Below, piece by piece: positions 46,405-53,757 of a stretch of DNA of 64,000 nucleotides; the first letter of the stretch is position 1; every line of letters begins with the position of its first letter. Origin of the DNA: a virus (taxonomy: Duplodnaviria; Heunggongvirae; Uroviricota; Caudoviricetes); IMG/VR virus record IMGVR_UViG_2595698887_000001. The stretch is one strand, 5' to 3'. The position numbers and the translations under genes were made by a program. Below the pieces are notes generated by a model. The model was not told the DNA's origin. It searched no databases and saw nothing but the letters and a program-made list of their open reading frames with translations.

Positions 46405-46517
46405 TTCCTCCGGCATGGGGATAGACGAAGCTGGCTGCGGCGATGCGTCTTAAAATAAAGGGCTGCGGCAACCGTGACGAACCCGTGCAACGTCTTGAAA
46501 AACACGGGACTGATTTT

Positions 46518-46593
46518 GGGGTATTAACTCAGCGGTTAGAGTAGCGGCCTCTTAAGCCGAAGGTCGAAGGTTCGAATCCTTCATGCCCCACCA
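46518..46593 (+). tRNA. tRNA-Lys (anticodon CTT)
   Basis: Loop CTCTTAA, T-loop GGTTCGAATCC, and an encoded CCA. Confidence 0.65.
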
Positions 46594-46625
46594 AACAATG
46601 GGCTTTGGAAGTAATGCTTAATTAC

Positions 46626-46697
46626 GGGTGAGGAATCCCCGGACCCCCAGCTTAGGGGTGCATCACGTAAGGTTCGAATCCTTACCTTCGCCCACCA
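46626..46697 (+). pseudogene. aberrant tRNA-like element lacking canonical D-arm
   Basis: GGGTGAG/TTCGCCC acceptor, a canonical T-arm and a CCA, but only 35 nt between acceptor and T-stem. The putative anticodon loop is CAGCTTA. Confidence 0.3.
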
Positions 46698-46806
46698 TTT
46701 TGAGAGAAAAGAGAACTGGGGTTCAACTCCCTTGTCTCGGAAGGCCCGCCTTCTAACAGGGCCGATAGCTTACGCAATGGTTAAAGCGCTTTTCTTTCAA
46801 AAACTG

Positions 46807-46835
46807 CTTGACAATGAAATTTTTAAAGTGTAGTA
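46807..46835 (+). promoter_or_regulatory. sigma70-like promoter (TTGACA-N17-TAGTAT)
   Basis: TTGACAatgaaatttttaaagtgTAGTAT, 32 nt upstream of the ATG at 46868. Confidence 0.6.
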
Positions 46836-46867
46836 TCACAACTCAATTTTACGCAAAGGAGAACTTA

Positions 46868-47479
46868 ATGTCTGATTCTAAAACTGTAATTTCTGTAACT
46901 GAACGCGCTACCAAAGCTGTTGCAACTGCTGCCACTGGCCTGAGTAAGGTTGTTTCTGAACTGCAATCTCTGGCTGAAGGTTCTGAGCGTATCAGTCAAG
47001 AAATTCAGTTTAAACAGCAAGAACTTGGCAATATCGAAGTGCAGTTCAACGAAAAGCTGGCTGAAGAAAAATCTAAGCTGAAGATCAAGGTTCTGGAAAA
47101 TGAAGACGGTGTTCTGAGCACTCTTCTGAAGGCACGCGGCCTTGTAGCAATTGAACCTGGTGTTGTTGATGGGTTGCGTAACGAACTGGCTGTCGCCCAG
47201 GATAGTAACGAAGATGCGATCACCGCAGCCGTCGATGCTGCAAAACGTTCTGCCGCAATCGAACTGAACGCTGTTAAGTCTAATCTGGAATCAGCACACA
47301 AAGTTGCAATTGCCGAACTGAACGCCAATACTAAGGCAGACAAAGATCGTATTGCAATGCTGACCGAACAGCTTGAAGCAGCCCGTGCAGACCTGAAGGC
47401 AGAACGCGAAACCCGTCTGGAAATCGCTAAAGCTGATGCGAATCGTCAAGGTGTTGTAGTCAACACTGGTAAAAACTAA
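46868..47479 (+). CDS. Ala/Glu/Lys-rich coiled-coil protein A
   Basis: AAAGGAGAA RBS and strongly biased (ctg/cgt/aaa) codon usage. 203 aa. Confidence 0.6.
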   Translation: MSDSKTVISVTERATKAVATAATGLSKVVSELQSLAEGSERISQEIQFKQQELGNIEVQFNEKLAEEKSKLKIKVLENEDGVLSTLLKARGLVAIEPGVVDGLRNELAVAQDSNEDAITAAVDAAKRSAAIELNAVKSNLESAHKVAIAELNANTKADKDRIAMLTEQLEAARADLKAERETRLEIAKADANRQGVVVNTGKN

Positions 47480-47556
47480 TACCGCTGTGCCGACACGGAT
47501 GTCGGCAAACATTTGAAGTAAATTTAAAATTTAAAGTTCATTGAGAGGAGAATTAT

Positions 47557-48204
47557 ATGTCTACTAAGATTTCTGTAACCCGCGCTCTGGCAACTCTGAA
47601 CAAGGTTGAGGGTAAGATCGAAAAGCGTATCGACCAGTTGAACACTGTTCAGATCGCAAAAGGGACCGAAGACCACCGTTCGATCCCAGGTTCTCTGGTT
47701 AGCATTGCTGACTTCGAGACTTCTGCTAAGGCAGACTTCCAAGGCCTGCAAGACCTGCTGGCAGTACGTGATGAACTGAAGGCGAAAGTTGTTCAGTCCA
47801 ACGCAGTAACTCTTGTCACCGTTGGTGGTAAAGAGATGACGGTTGCTCAGGCAATTGAAGGCAAGCGCACAGTTGCTTACAAAGAACTGCTCCTGTCCAA
47901 ACTGAAAGCGCAGTACAACTTCGCTCAGAAGCGCCTGGATAAAGAAGTCGCTGACTTCGAAACCAAGCTGGAACAAGCCCGTGCTCCGTACATCAGTCGT
48001 GACAAAGCGCCTGATCCAGAGCAGATTAAGACGGTAGAAGGTCCGACCCGTCTGATGAGCACACCGTCTATCGTTGACCCACTGGGTCTGGCAGACGTAA
48101 TCCGAAATCTGGAAACAGAGATCGAAGACTTCAAATCCAACGTTGACTTTGTGTTGTCCGAGTCCAACGCACGGACTGAAGTAGAGATTGAGGGATCAAT
48201 CTAA
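47557..48204 (+). CDS. Ala/Glu/Lys-rich coiled-coil protein B
   Basis: GAGAGGAG RBS with composition and codon bias similar to protein A. 215 aa. Confidence 0.6.
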   Translation: MSTKISVTRALATLNKVEGKIEKRIDQLNTVQIAKGTEDHRSIPGSLVSIADFETSAKADFQGLQDLLAVRDELKAKVVQSNAVTLVTVGGKEMTVAQAIEGKRTVAYKELLLSKLKAQYNFAQKRLDKEVADFETKLEQARAPYISRDKAPDPEQIKTVEGPTRLMSTPSIVDPLGLADVIRNLETEIEDFKSNVDFVLSESNARTEVEIEGSI

Positions 48205-48591
48205 AATAACTTGAGGAATTATGAAAAACATCTTGTAATTCCTCTCGTTAACTGATAAAGTTTCAAAATGCTGTTTTTGGTTAGCGAAGTTGGAAACATC
48301 TTGCCTCTACCGAGGCCGGAGGTTAAACTGCCTCGAACTTAATCATATAGGATGATACTTAACGTATGTTTCCGCAGACCACAACTCTGCCGAAATTATC
48401 GAATCGCGAATTCGAAAGACTTCAAAGTTCAACATTCAAAGATTAAAGTTCAAAGCTTAATGTTTAAACTTGAAACTTCTAAACCACAAAGCTAAAATTT
48501 CGTTGATTATTAAAATCCTGGGTCAAAGGTCCTTAGCTCACAAGATATGGCTAACCACACCTCCGGGCAGTTAATCGGAAACAGCATTCTT

Positions 48592-48666
48592 GCTCCTAAA
48601 GCATAAGTGGCGATGCAGCGGCCTTGTAAGCCGAGGAAGTGGGTTCGATTCCTACTGGGAGCACCA
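48592..48666 (+). tRNA. tRNA-Thr (anticodon TGT)
   Basis: Loop CTTGTAA, GCTCCTA/TGGGAGC acceptor, and CCA. Confidence 0.65.
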
Positions 48667-48672
48667 AACAAT

Positions 48673-48746
48673 TCGTTGATAGCCTTAGCGGTAAAGGCCC
48701 CCTCTGCGCAAGGGGTTCAGTGGTTCGAATCCACTTCAGCGAGCCA
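48673..48746 (+). tRNA. tRNA (anticodon uncertain, possibly GCG)
   Basis: Acceptor TCGTTGA/TCAGCGA, D-arm GCCT..AGGC, T-loop TTCGAAT and CCA. The anticodon loop CTGCGCA has a pyrimidine at position 37. Confidence 0.45.
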
Positions 48747-48748
48747 AT

Positions 48749-48857
48749 GCAGGGTAGGCGGTTTGTCAACCGCGAGGTCCATCCAGACCTGAAAATAGCT
48801 CTCGGCTTGGAGTGGAGAGTGAATACATAGGTGGTTAGATTCCACCACCCTGCTCCA
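48749..48857 (+). tRNA. long (about 109 nt) type-II-like tRNA, anticodon unresolved
   Basis: GCAGGGT/ACCCTGC acceptor, T-arm GGTGG-TTAGATT-CCACC, an extra arm CTCTC..GAGAG, and CCA. Confidence 0.4.
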
Positions 48858-49048
48858 AAACATATTTTAAAGTGCATTAGCTCAGATTATTTGATTCACG
48901 GACTGATCATCTGTGAGGAGAATGAGCCTAACTGAATGGAGTTTCAACGACAAAGGCCACGTTGTTGTAACAGAAGTTCTAAGGTCGTAGAGCGCTGTTC
49001 GCGGAGAACAGAGGTCGGTGGAGTCACCATGCAGCTTAAAATATGTTT

Positions 49049-49126
49049 GCGCTCTTGGTCCAATCTGGTAGAGGCATGGGTGTTAAGCTCCCAGGGTTCC
49101 CGGTTCGAGTCCGGGAGGGCGCACCA
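49049..49126 (+). tRNA. tRNA (anticodon unresolved; TAA-containing loop)
   Basis: GCGCTCT/AGGGCGC acceptor, T-arm CCCGG-TTCGAGT-CCGGG and CCA. Confidence 0.45.
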
Positions 49127-49130
49127 GATG

Positions 49131-49205
49131 CGGGGTATAGTCTAGAGGATAGGCAGGAGTCTTCTAAACTCCTTTACGTGGGTTCGAATCCTACTACCTC
49201 GACCA
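49131..49205 (+). tRNA. tRNA-Arg (anticodon TCT)
   Basis: Anticodon stem GGAGT/ACTCC with loop CTTCTAA. Confidence 0.7.
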
Positions 49206-49210
49206 CTTAT

Positions 49211-49284
49211 GCGCGGTTGCTGGAGTGGCAACAGCTTCGGCTGCAAACCGAATGTCAGGTGTTCGATTCACCTACCGTGCTCCA
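49211..49284 (+). tRNA. tRNA-Cys (anticodon GCA)
   Basis: Stem TTCGG/CCGAA with loop CTGCAAA. Confidence 0.7.
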
Positions 49285-49323
49285 AGTTGTTGATATTTTT
49301 TGCTATAAATGATAAAATAACCC

Positions 49324-49352
49324 TTGACAGAGATATTGAACTCTGATAACAT
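49324..49352 (+). promoter_or_regulatory. sigma70-like promoter (TTGACA-N17-TAACAT; ctctgaTAA motif)
   Basis: TTGACAgagatattgaactcTGaTAACAT, upstream of the CDS 49371. Confidence 0.55.
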
Positions 49353-49370
49353 GAATAAGTGGGGTTAATT

Positions 49371-49736
49371 ATGGCAACAAAACAAGCACTTACCAAGCGT
49401 CGTAGAGGCAAGGGTCGTCCTTTAAAAGAGGAGTCTAACGCAATTCAGCTTGAGAAGAACATTCTTGATCTGAAAACAAAGATGATTGCTATGATCCCTG
49501 ATGCACATATGGTCCTTCGTGATCTTATGATGAACAAGGATACTAAAGACAACATCCGTGAGAATATTGCTCGTTTCGTTATTGAGGAAGGTAAGCAAAT
49601 GCTTTCTGATTACTTCGATGAGGAGAACGAAAATGACGAAGAAACAAAGAACGTCGATGATGGTTCTGGAAAGGGCGCTGATAAACCAGTAGCAAAACCT
49701 TTCTCAACTGACATCGTACAGTTCAAACAAGGTTAA
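49371..49736 (+). CDS. hypothetical protein (basic N-terminus, acidic C-terminus)
   Basis: 121 aa embedded between tRNA genes. Confidence 0.5.
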   Translation: MATKQALTKRRRGKGRPLKEESNAIQLEKNILDLKTKMIAMIPDAHMVLRDLMMNKDTKDNIRENIARFVIEEGKQMLSDYFDEENENDEETKNVDDGSGKGADKPVAKPFSTDIVQFKQG

Positions 49737-49738
49737 TT

Positions 49739-49826
49739 GGGGCGGTTCCCGGAGCGGCAAACGGGCGGGATTGTAAATCCCTTGGCATCGCGTCCTTCGT
49801 AGGTTCGAGTCCTACTCGCCCCACCA
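49739..49826 (+). tRNA. tRNA-Tyr (anticodon GTA), long variable arm
   Basis: Loop TTGTAAA with an 88-nt type II structure. Confidence 0.65.
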
Positions 49827-49832
49827 ATTAAC

Positions 49833-49907
49833 GGGAGTATAGCTCAGTGGTAGAGCAAACGGTCGATAACCGTTAGGTCGCTGGTTCAAGCCCAGCTACT
49901 CCCACCA
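49833..49907 (+). tRNA. tRNA-Ile (anticodon GAT)
   Basis: D-arm GCTCAGTGGTAGAGC and loop TCGATAA. Confidence 0.6.
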
Positions 49908-49913
49908 AATAAA

Positions 49914-49989
49914 GCGTTATTAGTGCAGTGGTCCAGCATCCCGTCCTTCCAAGTCGGTGACATCGGTTCGAATCCGATATAACGCTCCA
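49914..49989 (+). tRNA. tRNA-Gly (anticodon TCC)
   Basis: Loop CTTCCAA. Confidence 0.65.
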
Positions 49990-49996
49990 AATAAAT

Positions 49997-50072
49997 GCTC
50001 CTATCGGCTAAACGGTCAGGCCGCCAGACTTTCAATCTGGAAATCCGAGTTCGATTCTCGGTGGGAGTGCCA
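49997..50072 (+). tRNA. tRNA-Glu (anticodon TTC)
   Basis: Stem CCAGA/TCTGG with loop CTTTCAA. Confidence 0.7.
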
Positions 50073-50078
50073 AATAAG

Positions 50079-50148
50079 GGGGCGATAGGCTAATGGTAAA
50101 CAGGCCACTCGTCAGTGGTAGTTCCCTGTTCGATTCAGGGTCGCCCCG
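50079..50148 (+). tRNA. tRNA-like gene, no encoded CCA, anticodon unresolved (GTC-containing 6-nt loop)
   Basis: GGGGCGA/TCGCCCC acceptor and T-arm CCCTG-TTCGATT-CAGGG. It is about 3 nt short of canonical length. Confidence 0.35.
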
Positions 50149-50157
50149 TTAGATTGT

Positions 50158-50234
50158 AGGGACTTAGCACAATTGGCTAGTGCAGCGGATTCCAAATCCG
50201 CAGGTTCTGGGTTCGAATCCCAGGGTCCCTGCCA
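50158..50234 (+). tRNA. tRNA-Trp (anticodon CCA)
   Basis: Stem GCGGA/TCCGC with loop TTCCAAA. Confidence 0.65.
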
Positions 50235-50240
50235 AATTAT

Positions 50241-50362
50241 TTAGCTCTGTAGCAGGTAAATCGGGCCTGATACCTCTAAGTAGTGGTTGCAAACGCGAAT
50301 GGGGTTTGAAGTGAGCGGTTACCACGTTCGACTCGTGGCGCTTCATTCTGTTGCAGAGCTAA
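50241..50362 (+). ncRNA. structured RNA element: 9-bp closing stem enclosing tRNA-like T-arm/acceptor minihelix
   Basis: TTAGCTCTG at 50241-49 pairs with CAGAGCTAA at 50354-62. Internal CCACG-TTCGACT-CGTGG T-arm with flanking TGAAGTG/CGCTTCA. Confidence 0.3.
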
Positions 50363-50371
50363 GTGATTTTT

Positions 50372-50447
50372 AGGAGGATGGTGTAATTGGTTAGCACACG
50401 GGGCTTTGATCTCCGGAGTTAGGGTTCGAGTCCTTATCTTCCTGCCA
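50372..50447 (+). tRNA. tRNA-Gln (anticodon TTG)
   Basis: Loop CTTTGAT. Confidence 0.65.
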
Positions 50448-50562
50448 AATTTGAGTGTTTTCTTTTCGAGAATACTCATGTGTGGCCTAAGCATTTATCA
50501 GATGATGTTCAGCCTGTGACGCTGAGAAAGTGGGCGCGATACCCACAGGTCACCCCAATTTT

Positions 50563-50655
50563 GGTGGAATGGTCGAGCGGTTTAAGACAACACCTTGGAA
50601 AGGTGTCGGCCCCTTCAAACGGGGTCCGTAGGTTCGAATCCTACTTCCACCGCCA
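50563..50655 (+). tRNA. tRNA-Ser (anticodon GGA)
   Basis: Stem ACACC/GGTGT, loop TTGGAAA, long variable arm. Confidence 0.7.
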
Positions 50656-50670
50656 CTTTGAGGAGATGAT

Positions 50671-50826
50671 ATGCAGAAACTTTTGCGTTGTAAGAAGGTG
50701 TTTGGTCGTTGCAAGATTCATGGTAGTAACTGTGGCGTTGCAGACGAGATCCAATCAATCCCTATAACTCGTGCGAAAGAGAAAGCAGATCTTCGCAAAG
50801 AAATTAAAGAACAATTGGAAGATTAA
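50671..50826 (+). CDS. small Cys-containing ORF (51 aa; doubtful)
   Basis: GAGGAGATGAT then ATG. The 3' end overlaps tRNA-Ser(GCT) by 10 nt. Confidence 0.25.
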   Translation: MQKLLRCKKVFGRCKIHGSNCGVADEIQSIPITRAKEKADLRKEIKEQLED

Positions 50827-50906
50827 CCCTAACGGTAAGGGATCTCTTTGCTAAAGAGACAGTAGCCCCCAAAAGGGGTGTGTCAGTTCGAGTCTGACAT
50901 CTTCCT
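50817..50906 (+). tRNA. tRNA-Ser (anticodon GCT)
   Basis: Stem TCTCT/AGAGA, loop TTGCTAA, long variable arm. Confidence 0.65.
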
Positions 50907-50908
50907 CC

Positions 50909-50997
50909 GGAGAGCAGGCTGCATGGTGCAGACTCCGGTTTGAACCCGGTCCCATCGTAGCGATACGGTGACAGTTCGATTCTGTTGCTCTCCTCCA
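50909..50997 (+). tRNA. tRNA-Ser (anticodon TGA)
   Basis: Loop TTTGAAC, long variable arm, GGAGAGC/GCTCTCC acceptor. Confidence 0.65.
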
Positions 50998-51002
50998 AAT
51001 AT

Positions 51003-51089
51003 GGGTTGGTAGCCAAGCGGCGACGTATGTCTAAGGCACTCGACTTTTAATCGAGGGATCGTTGGGTTCGAATCCCACCCGACCCACCA
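51003..51089 (+). tRNA. tRNA-Lys (anticodon TTT) with enlarged D-loop
   Basis: Stem CTCGA/TCGAG with loop CTTTTAA. The D-region carries an insertion of about 10 nt. Confidence 0.55.
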
Positions 51090-51221
51090 TACAACGGGAC
51101 GATAGTTTAATGAGGCTGGAAATGCGACGGCAACCAGCGGAGCAGAATGACGGGCATCCAGGACCGTAGGTGAGGTGCAAACCCTCAGATCCCGCCAAAT
51201 TGAAATAAGTTAAAATAATTC

Positions 51222-51250
51222 TTGCAAAAGGTTGTTTTCACTGATAAAGT
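51222..51250 (+). promoter_or_regulatory. sigma70-like promoter (TTGCAA-N17-TAAAGT; cactgaTAA motif)
   Basis: TTGCAAaaggttgttttcacTGaTAAAGT, upstream of the tRNA at 51261. Confidence 0.5.
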
Positions 51251-51260
51251 AATTACATGG

Positions 51261-51349
51261 TTCTTTGACCGAGAGGCCGATGGTAGCAGGCTGTTAACCT
51301 GCCGGGAGCAATCCCCGACGAAGGTTCGAATCCTTCAGGAACCGCCAAA
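51261..51349 (+). tRNA. tRNA with anticodon GTT (Asn-type) but long variable arm
   Basis: Stem GCAGG/CCTGC, loop CTGTTAA, and an 18-nt variable arm. This combination is atypical. Confidence 0.5.
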
Positions 51350-51354
51350 TTTGG

Positions 51355-51430
51355 AGATATAGTTTAAACGGATAAAATACACCCCTGTCACGGGTATGTT
51401 CCGGGTTCGATGCCCGGTATCTCCGCCAAG
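51355..51430 (+). tRNA. tRNA-Asp (anticodon GTC)
   Basis: Loop CTGTCAC. Confidence 0.7.
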
Positions 51431-51551
51431 TTTGCAGAGTCGTACTAGCACTGGAAAGTCCTTCGGGATGTTGATACCTCTAGTTCTGCATTTAATTAGC
51501 TAGCCAGCAATACCAGTTGCAGTGTCTGGGACAATTAAAATTCTGCACCTT

Positions 51552-51629
51552 CGGAGCGTAGCGCAGTCTGGTCAGCGTGGGTGCCTTGGATGCACTGGGT
51601 CGCAGGTTCGAATCCTGCCGCTCCGACCA
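51552..51629 (+). tRNA. tRNA-Pro (anticodon TGG)
   Basis: CGGAGCG/CGCTCCG acceptor with loop CTTGGAT. Confidence 0.65.
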
Positions 51630-51634
51630 ATTTA

Positions 51635-51709
51635 GCAGGTATAGTTCAACGGATAGAGCATCAGTTTACGAAGCTGAGAATCGGGGTTCGAATCCCTGTA
51701 TCTGCACCA
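51635..51709 (+). tRNA. tRNA-Arg (anticodon ACG)
   Basis: Loop TTACGAA. Confidence 0.6.
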
Positions 51710-51713
51710 ATAT

Positions 51714-51789
51714 GGGGCTGTAGTTTATTTGGATAAAATCGCAGGCTTGCACCTTGCAGAACTGAGTTCGATTCTCAGTGGCTCCACCA
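51714..51789 (+). tRNA. tRNA-Ala (anticodon TGC)
   Basis: Loop CTTGCAC. The acceptor contains three G-U pairs. Confidence 0.55.
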
Positions 51790-51824
51790 AATTAAGGCTT
51801 GGATTTCTTCGGACCCAAGCGCAC

Positions 51825-51901
51825 GGGCGATTGATGGAATTGGTATACGTGTCGGATTTAGATTCCGAATTTTGGGGGTTCGAGTCCCCTGTCGCCCACC
51901 A
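51825..51901 (+). tRNA. tRNA with anticodon TAG (Leu-type) but short variable arm
   Basis: Stem TCGGA/TCCGA with loop TTTAGAT. The 5-nt variable region is atypical for Leu. Confidence 0.45.
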
Positions 51902-51909
51902 CTTCTAAT

Positions 51910-51983
51910 GCTTCCTTAGTTTAATGGTAGAACCCTGTCTTTACACGGCAGTTGCGGTAGTTCGATTCTACCAGGAAGTACCA
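51910..51983 (+). tRNA. tRNA-Val (anticodon TAC)
   Basis: Stem CTGTC/GGCAG with loop TTTACAC. Confidence 0.7.
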
Positions 51984-51990
51984 ATCTTAT

Positions 51991-52066
51991 GGGGTTGTAA
52001 CTCAGTTGGTAGAGTGCCTGCCTGAAGAGCAGATGGTCGGTGGTTCGAGTCCACCCGGCCCCACCA
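51991..52066 (+). tRNA. tRNA-Phe (anticodon GAA)
   Basis: Loop CTGAAGA and D-arm ACTCAGTTGGTAGAGT. Confidence 0.7.
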
Positions 52067-52072
52067 AATAAT

Positions 52073-52154
52073 TGCGTGTTAGTGAAACGGATATATAGAT
52101 CACGTTGGCCTCATAAGCCGAAAATTGTGGGTTCGACTCCCATCCACGCATCCA
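52073..52154 (+). tRNA. second CAT-anticodon tRNA (Met/Ile2) with enlarged D-loop
   Basis: Loop CTCATAA and T-arm GTGGG-TTCGACT-CCCAT. Confidence 0.5.
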
Positions 52155-52261
52155 AAACAATGGGGGTATCCAGGAGCAGTCCTGCACCGTAAGAGTCCCT
52201 CAGTAGGGAACACCCCACCATATTCTAATAATAATAAATATTCAATCTCCTCTCCTTTGCC

Positions 52262-52292
52262 TCGCCCCGCTCTTGCGGGGCTTTTCTTTTTC
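52262..52292 (+). terminator. strong intrinsic terminator closing the tRNA operon
   Basis: GCCCCGC-tctt-GCGGGGC followed by TTTTCTTTTT. Confidence 0.7.
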
Positions 52293-52331
52293 TGGTACAC
52301 TCCAATGGTTAACTAAACCAAAGGAGAAAAC

Positions 52332-53757
52332 CATGCTTCATATCTACCCAAAAGAAGACTTCCAACGTGAATTCAACATCCTCAAAAGCCTGATCCCGAA
52401 AGGTGTGTATGAGATCCTTAAGCGCCTCGATGCTCGTGTTGCAGGTGGTACGCTGACATCACTTTTCTCTAACCGGGAAGTGAATGACCTTGATCTCTAT
52501 TTCCCATCCTGGGAGAATCTTGAGGTTTTTCTGGCATACATGACTGATCGTGGACTCTTGGTTGGGGACAGCGATCTTACCCCAACTTCAAACAACTGGG
52601 GCAACTCGAAGCGTTCATTCGTATACTTCCTTGAACTTGACAAGCCGGGTAGCCATAAAGACTACGTGAATGCCTTGGTATGCGAAAGAAAAGAACGACC
52701 ACCTACAGAGCTTTCAGCCAGCCAGCTTTCAAAGCTTTATTCTTTGCTTGAATCTCGTAATGGCAATGTTTTCAAGGCCATTCAAAAAGCCTCGGAAGAT
52801 AACAACCCCGACACCATCTACAATCTGGGGATGACTGATAAGAGCGTCATGTTCACCAATCAATCCTCTCCCGTTATGCAGGTGATCGCATTTGATGTTT
52901 TTGCTGATGCAGAGGCGATCTTTAACAAGTTCGATTTCACGATCAATATGGGCTGTTTTAGCTTTGCAAGCGAGAAATGGGAGTTTGATAGTCGCTTCCT
53001 GAAACACTTGGCTCAGAAAGTTCTGGTGATTAACCCAGGCACTGATTACCCCATTATCAGTATGCTACGCTCTGATAAGTATCGCGCCCGTGGCTACACG
53101 ATCTCTCGTCGAGAAACAATGAAGCTTGGTATTGCAGCGTCAGGACTTAAAATCGAGTCGTGGGAAGATGCCAAGGCACATTTGAGTGGGATGTATGGTA
53201 CAAACGTTGAAGACTTATTCAATGAAACAAGACCATTTTCATTTGATCTGTTATTTGATAAACTAGATTCAGCGGGGGATTATCTGATCGCCTCTATCGC
53301 AACTGAATCTGAAAAAGGACAGTTCAGCAGATATCGTGGTCTGAAACCAGAGAACATCTTTACTATGTATCAACGGTTACGTATCAACACCGGGCGTCCA
53401 CATTTCTCTAAACTGTGGGGTGTCTGTCCGGCAGAGAACTTCTATTTGATGCAGGCCAACAATCCGCAACAGGCCGTTGGTCTTCTTGAGACAAAACCTG
53501 CTGATAAGCTCCTCAAGTACATGAACGTTTATATTGATGAAAAAGAGGCGTATGACGTTTACAAGTCGTGGGGAGAGAAAGGAAAGACAGGGAGATGGGG
53601 AGACAGATTATCAAAACCGGGGGCTGTGCTTCTGGAGGTCACTGTCCTTGACCCAACGAAAATCGCCTATGACGATGCACAGATTGACATTTTAGATGAT
53701 GAAGAAACGCTTCTGAAAATAGAGCGGCTTATTGAATCTAACGGGGATATTTCATGA
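52332..53757 (+). CDS. nucleotidyltransferase-like protein with divergent CCA/poly(A)-polymerase-type head motif
   Basis: RVAGGTLTSLFSNREVNDLDLYF fits the GG..(x9-12)..DxD Pol-beta core and resembles the LVGGxVRDxLLG...DxD head of CCA/PAP enzymes. 475 aa, AAAGGAGAAAACC RBS. Confidence 0.45.

Noticed and set aside
47005-47512. Minus-strand ORFs of 112 and 73 aa
   Set aside because: They are low-complexity antisense translations of the highly expressed coiled-coil gene A.
50480-50767. 95-aa plus ORF
   Set aside because: It spans a well-formed tRNA-Ser(GGA) gene and an upstream hairpin, so it is not coding.
51431-51551. Possible additional tRNA between tRNA-Asp and tRNA-Pro
   Set aside because: It contains stable hairpins, including a CUUCGG tetraloop, but no T-loop or acceptor pairing. 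It may be a spacer or sRNA, and I could not support a tRNA call.
45700-52300. Possible CRISPR array or integrase-flanked island in the tRNA region
   Set aside because: No regular repeat-spacer periodicity and no integrase or recombinase gene. The regularity comes from tRNA T-arms (GGTTCGAATCC).
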